Assembly (NCBI GenBank): GCA_043816185.1
Contig: JBDRIG010000060.1
Span: 1 to 30,520 of the forward strand
From: Elusimicrobiota bacterium
GTDB taxonomy: Bacteria > Elusimicrobiota > UBA8919
Length of the DNA: 30,520 nucleotides
Reading direction: 5' to 3'
The notes under the pieces were generated by a model. That model was not told where the DNA came from. It did not search any database and was given only the letters and a program-made list of their open reading frames with translations. The first letter of the stretch is position 1, and each line of letters begins with the position of its first letter. Made by a program: the position numbers and the translations under genes. Below, one piece after another: positions 9,039-17,684 of this stretch.

Positions 9039-9578
9039 TTAATCTTTAACTTTACGCCCCTTCTCAATTTCAAATAAACCATAGTTTGATTCAGATTTTT
9101 CATATATTATGGACAGTTTATTAGTATCTTTGTTTACAAAAACCAAAAACATATAATCACTATTATCCATAACTTCTATTGCTTTATCAATAGTTAAAAC
9201 AGCTGGCACAAGTTTTTGTTTATTTTGGTCAATCGACACTTTCTCGGCATATTGATATTTATCGTCTGTCAAACATGATCTAAAAGATTTTCTACGATTT
9301 TTAATCTTCTCTTTTTCTTTTCTCAATTGTTGCTCAATTTTGCCTATTGCTATATCAACAGCAGAGCGAAAATCTGCCGCCTGTTGCTTTATTTTTATTG
9401 TTTGATCAGCAATGTTAATGACAATCTCAACGATGTGCAGATATTTTTGTTTGTTTAAAAATACGTCTACTTCATTTATGGTCGAAAAATATTTTTCTGA
9501 TTTTGAAAGTTTTTCTTTAATATATTTCGTAATGCTTTCCTCTACATCTATTCCCTTTGCCCGAATATTTATAATCAT
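9039..9578 (-). CDS. hpf: Ribosome hibernation promoting factor, long form
   Basis: S30AE-type N-domain (YIKEKL.K..KYF, AVD.AIGKIEQQLRKEKEK) plus C-domain (AIEVM..FLVFVN..IIYEK..YGL). AGGAG SD upstream. Confidence 0.85.
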   Translation of the reverse strand: MIINIRAKGIDVEESITKYIKEKLSKSEKYFSTINEVDVFLNKQKYLHIVEIVINIADQTIKIKQQAADFRSAVDIAIGKIEQQLRKEKEKIKNRRKSFRSCLTDDKYQYAEKVSIDQNKQKLVPAVLTIDKAIEVMDNSDYMFLVFVNKDTNKLSIIYEKSESNYGLFEIEKGRKVKD

Positions 9579-9895
9579 TATATTTCTCCTGAAAAAAAAC
9601 GACTTTTCACGTCCCTATATACTACACCACGAACCATAACACCATTTTACAACTTAACTACCCACCAAAGATTGCGATACGGATAACATCGGCAAAACGA
9701 TCTAAAGAACGACAAATTTACGTTACTGATATATCGGCAAAATAATTCAAAGAGCGAAAATATAAAAACTTATTTTAAAAACTTAACAAGTTACTAACGA
9801 TTGTTATTCTCATTGTTGTTTAAAAATACTGTTTCTACAAATTAACACATGGTTTTTCAACGGCGTTATTGTACAAAAATTACAAAAAAAATCAA

Positions 9896-10615
9896 CTACA
9901 TTTTGAATTTTTCTCCAAGATATATTTTTCTTGCCTCTTCACTTTTTAAAAGTTGAGGTGCAGTACCCTCTAATAAGATTTTGCCATCATAAATAATATA
10001 TGCTCGATCTATAATTGCGAGTGCATCTCGAACATTGTGGTCGGTTAGCAAAATTCCTATTCCTGATTTTTTTAGTTCAAAAATGATATTTTGAATATCT
10101 GATATCGTAATTGGATCGATTCCTACAAATGGTTCATCGAGTAATATAAATTTTGGATCAACAACCAGTGCCCTTGCTATCTCGCATCGTCTACACTCAC
10201 CACCTGAAAGATTGTGAGTATATCTATCTTTGAGATGGTAGATATTTAATTGTTTTAGCAATATTACGCATCTTGATTCTCTTTCGTTGGCAGTTAGAGA
10301 GAGCATTTCAAGTATAGCCATAACATTTTCCCAGACGGTTAGGCCACGAAAAACCGACGCCTCTTGTGGCAAATATACGATTCCATAGCGGGCACGTTGA
10401 TAAACTGGTAAATTTATTATATTTTTTGAATCGTAAAAAATATTACCGGAATCCGCTTTTACAAGACCGACTATTGTGTGAAATGTCGTAGTTTTGCCAG
10501 CACCGTTTGGTCCCAAAAGACCAACAATTTCCGAACTTTTTATATTAAGCGAAATACCGTTAACAACTCGATGTTTCGCATATGATTTTACAAGATTATC
10601 AATCTTTATTTCCAT
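9896..10615 (-). CDS. lptB: LPS export ABC transporter ATP-binding protein
   Basis: GLLGPNGAGKTTTF, YLPQEASVF, LSGGE.RR.EIARAL, LLDEPF.GIDP, TDHNVR, C-terminal YLGEKF. Confidence 0.94.
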   Translation of the reverse strand: MEIKIDNLVKSYAKHRVVNGISLNIKSSEIVGLLGPNGAGKTTTFHTIVGLVKADSGNIFYDSKNIINLPVYQRARYGIVYLPQEASVFRGLTVWENVMAILEMLSLTANERESRCVILLKQLNIYHLKDRYTHNLSGGECRRCEIARALVVDPKFILLDEPFVGIDPITISDIQNIIFELKKSGIGILLTDHNVRDALAIIDRAYIIYDGKILLEGTAPQLLKSEEARKIYLGEKFKM

Positions 10616-10713
10616 ACTTTATTTTCATATTAACAACGATTCAAATTGATTTAATCAATCAGCCTCGGTTTTTCATCTATTTATATCGTCTTTCTATTTG
10701 CCTAAATCGTTCT

Positions 10714-11451
10714 TTACTTCATCACTATTTGTGCTTTTACATTGCCTAAAATAGTAACGGTTTCCTTGTCAACTGTCAAAAAAATTTTGTCACCAGAATA
10801 TTCAAAATATCCTTTGTCGTCAGTTCTTACTGTTTTTGGATGACCACCAGTTAAAAAAATCTCTTTCGTTTTAGTATCATAGAATGCTTCGTTACTTGTT
10901 GTTTGCATTTGTGGCTGAATTATTTTTACATTTTTTATTGCATGAAAACTATTTCCAGATTCAAAAATCTTAAGTTTCTCACAAGTTAAATCGATATCGT
11001 CTGTATTTATGAGACTTTTAGATAATTCGCTTTTCTTTTTTACAGATGGCCGATGTAACGTTTTTTTTACTTTCACATTTCCTGTAAAAATTCCAACACC
11101 ATTATTTTTATCATATTCGGCTACATCACACCAAGCAAATGTATTCTCTGTACCGCTTGAGTAATGAATCGTTATATTTCCACATCCTTCAACTATTCCA
11201 GTTTTTTCGTTTGATTTCATTTCATCAGCACAAATCGTTAAATTTTGCTGGACAAGTTTAACATTCCCCAAAAATTCTAAAATATCACCCTTTTGCAATA
11301 TCCTCATTTTATCACCAGTTATGGTTGTTGGCTCGATGCAAAAGAAGAGAATAGGAAATAGGAAATAAGTAACGGTAATCGCAAAACTAAGCAATAGCGA
11401 TCGCTTTAACCGCTTTTTATTTCTAATTTTCAACTTCCAATTTATTTTCAT
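10714..11451 (-). CDS. lptA: LptA/OstA-family periplasmic LPS transport protein (apparently two beta-jellyroll units)
   Basis: Signal peptide; repeated GNV.. beta-strand motifs (FLGNVKLVQ, FTGNVKV, ILGNVKA); located between lptC and lptB. Confidence 0.75.
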   Translation of the reverse strand: MKINWKLKIRNKKRLKRSLLLSFAITVTYFLFPILFFCIEPTTITGDKMRILQKGDILEFLGNVKLVQQNLTICADEMKSNEKTGIVEGCGNITIHYSSGTENTFAWCDVAEYDKNNGVGIFTGNVKVKKTLHRPSVKKKSELSKSLINTDDIDLTCEKLKIFESGNSFHAIKNVKIIQPQMQTTSNEAFYDTKTKEIFLTGGHPKTVRTDDKGYFEYSGDKIFLTVDKETVTILGNVKAQIVMK

Positions 11452-11978
11452 TTTCTCACCACTTTTACATTTTTTAGAATCGTTATCTCTGATAGGTCGG
11501 AATTTGCTTCAAACCCATCGCCCGTAACAACAACACCTCTTTTTTCTTGACGAATAAATGAATTTGATGATAATTTTTTGGACTTCTCGCTATAATTTAA
11601 TGTCTCTATAAAAACTGTAGTATCCTTCAAAAGTGAAAAGATTGTAATATTGCCTTCAGCTTTTATGTCTCCAGTATCCGCATTGACAACCGCCTTATCT
11701 GCGTAAACAATAGTACCTATTTCTCCACTATTTTCATAAAAATTTACCTTTATATTTTTTGCATTTATAATTTTTTTTTTCTCATAGACATCGCCTCTAA
11801 CGGCAAAAAAATTCCACATATGTGACTCAGATTCGTATTTGTCTATTGTAAAATTTTTTATAATCTGGTCTGGAAACGATTCTGTGGTAAAAAATTTTTC
11901 AATTTTTTTTTCTTCGCAACCTGTAAGACAAAAAAAAACTGCCACAATTAACGATAATTTTCTAAAATCTTTTCCCAT
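11448..11978 (-). CDS. lptC: LPS export periplasmic protein LptC (probable lipoprotein)
   Basis: Beta-jellyroll pattern (ADKAVV, AEGNITI, ETLNY, VTGDGFEAN); kdsC-lptC-lptA-lptB synteny; lipobox LTG-C. Confidence 0.78.
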   Translation of the reverse strand: MGKDFRKLSLIVAVFFCLTGCEEKKIEKFFTTESFPDQIIKNFTIDKYESESHMWNFFAVRGDVYEKKKIINAKNIKVNFYENSGEIGTIVYADKAVVNADTGDIKAEGNITIFSLLKDTTVFIETLNYSEKSKKLSSNSFIRQEKRGVVVTGDGFEANSDLSEITILKNVKVVRK

Positions 11979-12478
11979 AACTTTTGCGATTTAAAAATTG
12001 TTTCAACCACTTCTCTGAAAACACCCTTTCCACTTTTGGCAGAAGTTATATAATCAACAGATTTTTTAACCTCAGCCACTGCATTCTTAGGACACGCAGA
12101 AAATCCACATCTTAAAAGAACAGGCAAATCAACCAAGTCATCACCAATAAATGCAATTTTATCAATTGATAAATTTTCCTTCTTTAAAATTTCATTGACA
12201 GCAGTCATTTTGTCCATACGTTTCTGATACAAATAGTGAATACCAACTTCTTTCGCACGTATAGCAACCTGAGTCGATGAACGACCTGTAATCCATGCAA
12301 CTTTTATATGTGGTGCATAATTTTTTATCAGAGTAAAAGCAAACCTATCGTATGTATCCCAAAATTTTAGTTCTTCACCACTGTTCAATATAATAATTTT
12401 ACCGTCGGTTAAAACACCATCAACATCTGTTGCAATTAGTTCTATTTTTTTTGCTTTATCAAGTATTTTCTTTTTCAT
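11948..12478 (-). CDS. kdsC: KDO 8-phosphate phosphatase (HAD family)
   Basis: DVDGVLTDG, ITGR, FIGDDLVDL, GKGVFRE. Confidence 0.92.
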   Translation of the reverse strand: MKKKILDKAKKIELIATDVDGVLTDGKIIILNSGEELKFWDTYDRFAFTLIKNYAPHIKVAWITGRSSTQVAIRAKEVGIHYLYQKRMDKMTAVNEILKKENLSIDKIAFIGDDLVDLPVLLRCGFSACPKNAVAEVKKSVDYITSAKSGKGVFREVVETIFKSQKLWEKILENYR

Positions 12479-12750
12479 TTTGTATTTTTAACTGTCTCCT
12501 GTTTTTCATACACTTGCTTTTCATACATAGGATATTCTGATTCCCACGTCGGCAAATTTCTATCAAATTTGTCAAGAAAAAATCTAGCAACAAAAAATAA
12601 GATAATAACAACGACGTAAATTATACTTAAAACCTTTAGATGCCATCTCCAACCAGGACACCATGGAGTATACAGTAAATCTGCACCACAACTTTTACAT
12701 ACTTTTGCAAAATCCTTGTTTTTAAATTTACAACTATAACACTCTTTCAT
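12475..12750 (-). CDS. Small zinc-ribbon plus single-TM membrane protein, function unknown
   Basis: CxxC-x10-CxxC, hydrophobic stretch VLSIIYVVVIILFFVARFFL, GAGGTG SD, ATGA overlap with kdsC. Confidence 0.75.
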   Translation of the reverse strand: MKECYSCKFKNKDFAKVCKSCGADLLYTPWCPGWRWHLKVLSIIYVVVIILFFVARFFLDKFDRNLPTWESEYPMYEKQVYEKQETVKNTK

Positions 12751-12791
12751 TTTTACACCTCACATTTATAATTGTAATTTTGTGCCGATTA

Positions 12792-12982
12792 CCACCACTT
12801 CACTAAGCGACTCATTTACTAACAACTTATTTTATGTTCATGATCGTTGCGAGAGTCAATTTATCGACTCGTGGCAATCTCAGTGTTGAAAACCGAGATT
12901 ACTTCGTCGCTCATTTCATTCGCTTCTCGCGATGACGGCTGAAAACACTCGCAACGACAGACTGAACTTAACGAAGTAGTGT
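12792..12982. mobile_element. About 190-bp MITE-like shell carrying a REP-like palindrome
   Basis: Imperfect TIR CACCACTTCACTAAG / CTTAACGAAGTAGTG flanked by TA; internal palindrome GTTGCGAG...GCAATCTC...GAGATT...CTCGCAAC; homologous to 5286-5437. Confidence 0.7.
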
Positions 12983-13115
12983 TAGGAACCTCTCTTCGTA
13001 ATTATAAGTTCTTAATTTTTTAGTCACACTACACAGAAACACAGTTTGTTGATATGTTGAACGATGATCAAAATTCTACTCCACAACAAGTTGTAAAATT
13101 GTAAAAAATTTTTGA

Positions 13116-13916
13116 CTAAGCTATTGTTGTTTCAAGAAATCCTTTCAATTCGGAAAGTTTTATTGAATTTGCACCATCCGATAATGCCATATCAGGATTG
13201 GGATGAACTTCCACAAAAAGACCATCTACACCGACGGCAACTGCTGCTTTTGATAAGGGAAATATGAATTCTCTCTGACCACCAGTTCTGTTATTTAACC
13301 CACATGGAAGTTGAACAGAATGGGTTGCATCAAAAATAACGGGATAGCCAAAATTTTTCATTATAACAATTGAACGCATATCAACGATCAAATTATTGTA
13401 TCCAAAAAAAGTCCCTCTTTCCGTCAGTAAAATTTTTCTATTACCTGTTGATTCAATTTTTTCCACCACGTTTTTCATATCGTATGGTGAAAGGAACTGC
13501 CCCTTTTTTACATTGACAATCTTTTGTGTTTTTGCAACCGCTACCAATAAATCCGTCTGACGGCATAAAAATGCTGGTATCTGAATTACATCTGCAACAT
13601 CAGCAACAGCTGCTACATCTTTTACGCAGTGAACATCAACCAAAAGCGGAATGTTAAATTTTCTTTTCACATCTGATAAAATTTTTAAACCTTTTTTAAG
13701 ACCAGGACCTCTAAATGATTTTATAGATGTTCTGTTTGCTTTGTCATAAGATGCTTTAAATATAAACGGAATTTTTAATTGCATAGCAATTTTCTTAATA
13801 CATACGGCAATTTCAAAAACCATTTTTTCAGTTTCTATAACGCAAGGACCAGCAATTAAAACAGTGCGTTTTTTCTCTCCAAACAATATATTTTCTATTT
13901 TGATTTTATCGTTCAT
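13116..13916 (-). CDS. kdsA: KDO 8-phosphate synthase
   Basis: IAGPCVIE, KASYDKANRTS, QIPAFLCRQTDL, NVKKGQF, ERG, FDATHSVQ, EVHPNP..ALSDG. Confidence 0.96.
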   Translation of the reverse strand: MNDKIKIENILFGEKKRTVLIAGPCVIETEKMVFEIAVCIKKIAMQLKIPFIFKASYDKANRTSIKSFRGPGLKKGLKILSDVKRKFNIPLLVDVHCVKDVAAVADVADVIQIPAFLCRQTDLLVAVAKTQKIVNVKKGQFLSPYDMKNVVEKIESTGNRKILLTERGTFFGYNNLIVDMRSIVIMKNFGYPVIFDATHSVQLPCGLNNRTGGQREFIFPLSKAAVAVGVDGLFVEVHPNPDMALSDGANSIKLSELKGFLETTIA

Positions 13917-13928
13917 AATTTAATTTTG

Positions 13929-14194
13929 ATATTATTGAAAAAGTTCTTTTGCCCGTCACTCAGACTGTGTCGCAATCCATCTTTTACCATCTAGTGTTGG
14001 ATTGCAGTACCATATTTTACCATCAGTTACTATCTTCTATAAAAATGCAACTTTTTAGCTCATTGCGACACAGTCTGATTGCGAGAAGCGAAGCAATCTC
14101 GGTTTTCAACACGGAGATTGCCACGAGCCGATAAATCGAAACTCGCAACGACACCTAATCGCAGTGACGGCTTTTGACATTTTTTCAACGGTCT
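13929..14194. repeat. Composite repeat: degenerate TTGAAAAA-type ends, REP-like palindrome and nested 117-bp MITE
   Basis: ATATTATTGAAAAAG...CCGTCACT[MITE]ATTGCGAGAAGCGAAGCAATCTC..GAGATTGCCACG..CTCGCAACGAC..AGTGACGG..TTTTTCAACGGTCT. Confidence 0.7.
13961..14077. mobile_element. 117-bp MITE-like element, copy A
   Basis: Perfect 16-bp TIR CAGACTGTGTCGCAAT / ATTGCGACACAGTCTG; flanks ACT...ATT; 115/117 identical by eye to the reverse complement of 23848-23964. Confidence 0.85.
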
Positions 14195-14393
14195 TATCTT
14201 ACATAATTCTACACAAATTATCAACTCATATTTTATGCAAAATTTATTGTTAGCAAATTATGCACAAATTAAATACTTAATGCCAATAAACTATCTTTTC
14301 TCCTTCTCTCCATCATCATCGTAACATTCTGCGGTCTGCCCCTGCGTTTAATTCAAATATATCAAAATTACGAGAATATTCAGTGAAGAAAAA

Positions 14394-15131
14394 TCAAATA
14401 ATTTCAATATTCTCTAATTCAAGCCAACCCTTTACACCTAACGATTTAACCTCAACCTCAATCCAATTACCTGATACCTGTAAAACCGTCATTTTTTTAC
14501 CCTCGGGTAGAGTAAAATTCACCTTAAAATTAGTATCAGGACCGGATCGTATTTCTGCGATGCTACTTACAATAACAGCTTCTGTGTTTTTCTGTTGTTG
14601 ATATTTTACCGAATATACAGCTAAAAAAAAGAGCAAAAATACAAACGATATAATAAATAACCAAAACATTCGTTTGTGAAAAATAAGTAACCTTGTTGAA
14701 ACTACAATTGCAAAAATAAAAAGACTTATTGAAAAAAATAATTTAATTGTGAATATATCAATTTTTGAGATCAATCCGCCAGAGACAGATTCGTACTCAG
14801 TATTATTTATTAAATTGGTAATAAACTTTATATTAAAATTTACATCATTATCTAATGGTGAAAACCGACGAGCCCTTTCGTAATAAACCAATGCTAATCC
14901 AACCTTACCGAGACGAAAATATGTGTTACCAATGTTATAAAAAACATTTGCAGTAGAGCATTTTTTAGAAAAAGATTTGAACTGCTCCAATGCTTTTTCA
15001 TATTCCATCTTCTTATATAAATCGCAACCAAGATTAAAACTGTCAATATTTAAATTGGAATGTAAAAATTGAATATAAGCAAAAGACATTAAAAAAATAA
15101 TTATTATTTTGCGCACTCTTTTAGCCTCCAT
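14394..15131 (-). CDS. batE: BatE-like TPR + TM + SH3 protein
   Basis: TPR (FYNIGNTYFRLGKVGLALVYYERA), two TM segments, C-terminal SH3b-like (IRSGP..F.LPEG..W.EV..GW). Confidence 0.72.
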   Translation of the reverse strand: MEAKRVRKIIIIFLMSFAYIQFLHSNLNIDSFNLGCDLYKKMEYEKALEQFKSFSKKCSTANVFYNIGNTYFRLGKVGLALVYYERARRFSPLDNDVNFNIKFITNLINNTEYESVSGGLISKIDIFTIKLFFSISLFIFAIVVSTRLLIFHKRMFWLFIISFVFLLFFLAVYSVKYQQQKNTEAVIVSSIAEIRSGPDTNFKVNFTLPEGKKMTVLQVSGNWIEVEVKSLGVKGWLELENIEII

Positions 15132-16966
15132 TCTTTTTCAATATCATAAATTACTGCCTTGATATTATCTGATTCTTTTTTGATATCAATATTTTGGTTG
15201 GGAAATGGAGTAAATTTTATAAAATCTGATTTTTCAAGAATATCTCTTACCTTTGTGATATTTGCTTGCGAAAGATTTCTATTTCTTAAAATATCTTCAA
15301 TTTCATTAAATGTACTTCCTACCAAAGACATTTTTGTTTTATCAGAAAAATATTTTATTATTAAATCAAAATCTTTTCCATAAAAATCCTTAATCGTAAT
15401 ATTATTTTTTTGAATTCTATTTATACCTTTTTCAAATTCCCTGAATGCTCTTTTACTTTTGATAAAACTATAATTTTTGGATATAAAAATGTTATACTTC
15501 CTGTAACCAAAAGAAATCAGAAAAATCAAAAAAGAAATAATAATCAAAACATTTGAAATCGTCTTCTTAGTTCTATTATTTTTATTGATACCTAAATCGG
15601 TTTTTATAAACCTTATATCCTGCTCCGTAGCATCTATGTTAGTAGTTACCGATGGTAGTTTTGTAGATATGATAGTTTTCGACAATAAAGATGGTAAAAC
15701 TTTTACTCGTATAGGTGTTGATTTTACGCTTTCATATTTTTTCTTCTCACAATTAAAATATGAAAATTCAAATTCTGGAACTATAAAATTACCGGCTCTT
15801 TCAGGTATAATAACCGTTTTAAATATTTTTGAACCACTAATTCTATAATTCGTTTTGGATATATTTACCGAGGAAACTGTATCATATTTTCTTACACCAA
15901 CAATATTTGGAAATTTTGGTTCTGATATTGATTTGATATTACCTTCGCCTGAAATTGTCACAGTTAATGTTACAGGACTATTTACCTCAATTTCCGTCTT
16001 ATCCACATTAGAATCAATATTATAATTTCCAACTGAGCCTGAGAAATTCGTTGGTTTATTATCATGGGGAAGTGGAATAACCTCAATATTCATTTGTTTT
16101 GATTTAACAACAATCGATTTACCTGAACCAAAAAATCCTCTAAAAAAATCATCATTAAAAGGATCCCGAAATGGGTCATTGCTAAAATCTTGAATATTCG
16201 CAATTAAAGAAGCTGCGCCAAGACTATATGTCCCTTGTGCGGTGGGAAATAATTCCGACTTTATCTCAATAACATTATATCTTTTCCCATTTATAACTGC
16301 TTGATAACTTCGTTGCGGCGGGAGGTCTTCCACCATAAAACCAGTAAAATTTGGTGGATGGTATTCTGGATTAGATAATAAATTTTTCGAAGTAAAAAAT
16401 CTAAACGTATAGGTTACGCCCTCATTAACAAAAACCTTTTGTTTACCAAGTTGAACATTAATAAAGATTTCGCGTGCCTTATCGTTATCAATTTTAAGCT
16501 GTTGATTATTAACTTGTTTTTGTGGAACAGCAGAATTAGCACCTAAAACTTCAATATTTATTGGATTTGTTGAATATACCTTTCCAGCAACCACTAATTT
16601 AATAGATCCTATTATAAATTTTCCAACTTTATTCGGCGATAAAACATAGTTGTATGTCAGAGACGCTGAAACCCTACCATTAATAAAAGAAACATTTTGC
16701 GATGTGCCTGCCGAAGAAACATTAAAGTCAATAAGTTGAGGTATCTCTGGAGCGGGAATATTTACAACATCTCCGGAAACATTAACCTGCAAAGAAATTG
16801 AGTCGCCAAAATTAATAACATTTTTGTCAACAGAAGCATCTATATTTATGTTGGCATAAATTGCAGTAAACAGAAAACAAAAAATAGAAAATAAAAAAAT
16901 AAAAACTTTGAAACTTTTTTTTCCCAATTTTTTAATCTCTATTTTCTTAATCTTTATTTTTTTCAT
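15104..16966 (-). CDS. batD: BatD-like oxygen-tolerance protein
   Basis: Signal peptide, ASVDKN..G, SQNVSFING, FSGSVGNY, ISGEGN, C-terminal TM; position in the bat cluster. Confidence 0.8.
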   Translation of the reverse strand: MKKIKIKKIEIKKLGKKSFKVFIFLFSIFCFLFTAIYANINIDASVDKNVINFGDSISLQVNVSGDVVNIPAPEIPQLIDFNVSSAGTSQNVSFINGRVSASLTYNYVLSPNKVGKFIIGSIKLVVAGKVYSTNPINIEVLGANSAVPQKQVNNQQLKIDNDKAREIFINVQLGKQKVFVNEGVTYTFRFFTSKNLLSNPEYHPPNFTGFMVEDLPPQRSYQAVINGKRYNVIEIKSELFPTAQGTYSLGAASLIANIQDFSNDPFRDPFNDDFFRGFFGSGKSIVVKSKQMNIEVIPLPHDNKPTNFSGSVGNYNIDSNVDKTEIEVNSPVTLTVTISGEGNIKSISEPKFPNIVGVRKYDTVSSVNISKTNYRISGSKIFKTVIIPERAGNFIVPEFEFSYFNCEKKKYESVKSTPIRVKVLPSLLSKTIISTKLPSVTTNIDATEQDIRFIKTDLGINKNNRTKKTISNVLIIISFLIFLISFGYRKYNIFISKNYSFIKSKRAFREFEKGINRIQKNNITIKDFYGKDFDLIIKYFSDKTKMSLVGSTFNEIEDILRNRNLSQANITKVRDILEKSDFIKFTPFPNQNIDIKKESDNIKAVIYDIEKEWRLKECAK

Positions 16967-16982
16967 CTCTGTTTTTTAATCC

Positions 16983-17684
16983 CTACCAGTCCTTCTCGGG
17001 CATTTTGAATAATGGTATTTTTATATTTGCTTTTTCTTTCGGTTTTTTTTCATCTCCTGTAGATTCAATTATGCGATTGGCATCTTCTTTTGACATCTTC
17101 TGTTTTTGATCCTCCTCGCCCTTCTCTTGCTCTTCTTTTTTCTTGTTTTCCTGTTCTTTTGTTTCCTCGTTTTTTTTCTTTTCCTGTTGTTTTTTATCTT
17201 TATCTTTTTGGTCTTGTGATTCTTTGTTTTGCTCGGATTGTTTTGAATTTTTATCAATATTTTCTTTCAATTTTTTTTGTGCAAATTCAATGTTAAATTT
17301 AGCGTCCACATCGTTCGGGTTTAACTCAATTGCTTTCTTGTAAAATTGTATTGCCTCTGGTAACTTTTTCGTTCTAAATAAACAGTTCCCCATGTTATAA
17401 TATGCCTTTCCCTGAAGTTTAATGTCTTTTGAATATGTAGTTTTTTCATAATTTTTCAACGCATCTTCATACATCCCTGTTTTATAATAAACGTTTCCTA
17501 TGTTAAATTGTGCCTCTGGTAAATTTGGTTTATTTGCCTCTACTACCTTATATTTTTCTAACGCTACGTCATAATTTTCCTTTTTATACGCACGGTTACC
17601 CTTGCTTAAATTATCTCTTATTGAAGCATGTAAAAAATATGCAAAATTAAAAATCAAAATTATACAAATTACAACTCGTTTCAT
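16983..17684 (-). CDS. batC: BatC-like TPR protein
   Basis: Signal peptide, TPRs (GNRAY, FNIGNVYY, YYNMGN), K/E/Q-rich linker, C-terminal EKDW. Confidence 0.78.
   Translation of the reverse strand: MKRVVICIILIFNFAYFLHASIRDNLSKGNRAYKKENYDVALEKYKVVEANKPNLPEAQFNIGNVYYKTGMYEDALKNYEKTTYSKDIKLQGKAYYNMGNCLFRTKKLPEAIQFYKKAIELNPNDVDAKFNIEFAQKKLKENIDKNSKQSEQNKESQDQKDKDKKQQEKKKNEETKEQENKKKEEQEKGEEDQKQKMSKEDANRIIESTGDEKKPKEKANIKIPLFKMPEKDW

Noticed and set aside
11771..11780. A10 tract in lptC and other A/T runs
   Set aside because: In frame (Lys codons) and expected in an AT-rich genome.
12770..12790. Sigma54-like promoter (CGGCACAAAATTAC, minus strand)
   Set aside because: Does not satisfy GG-N10-GC spacing.
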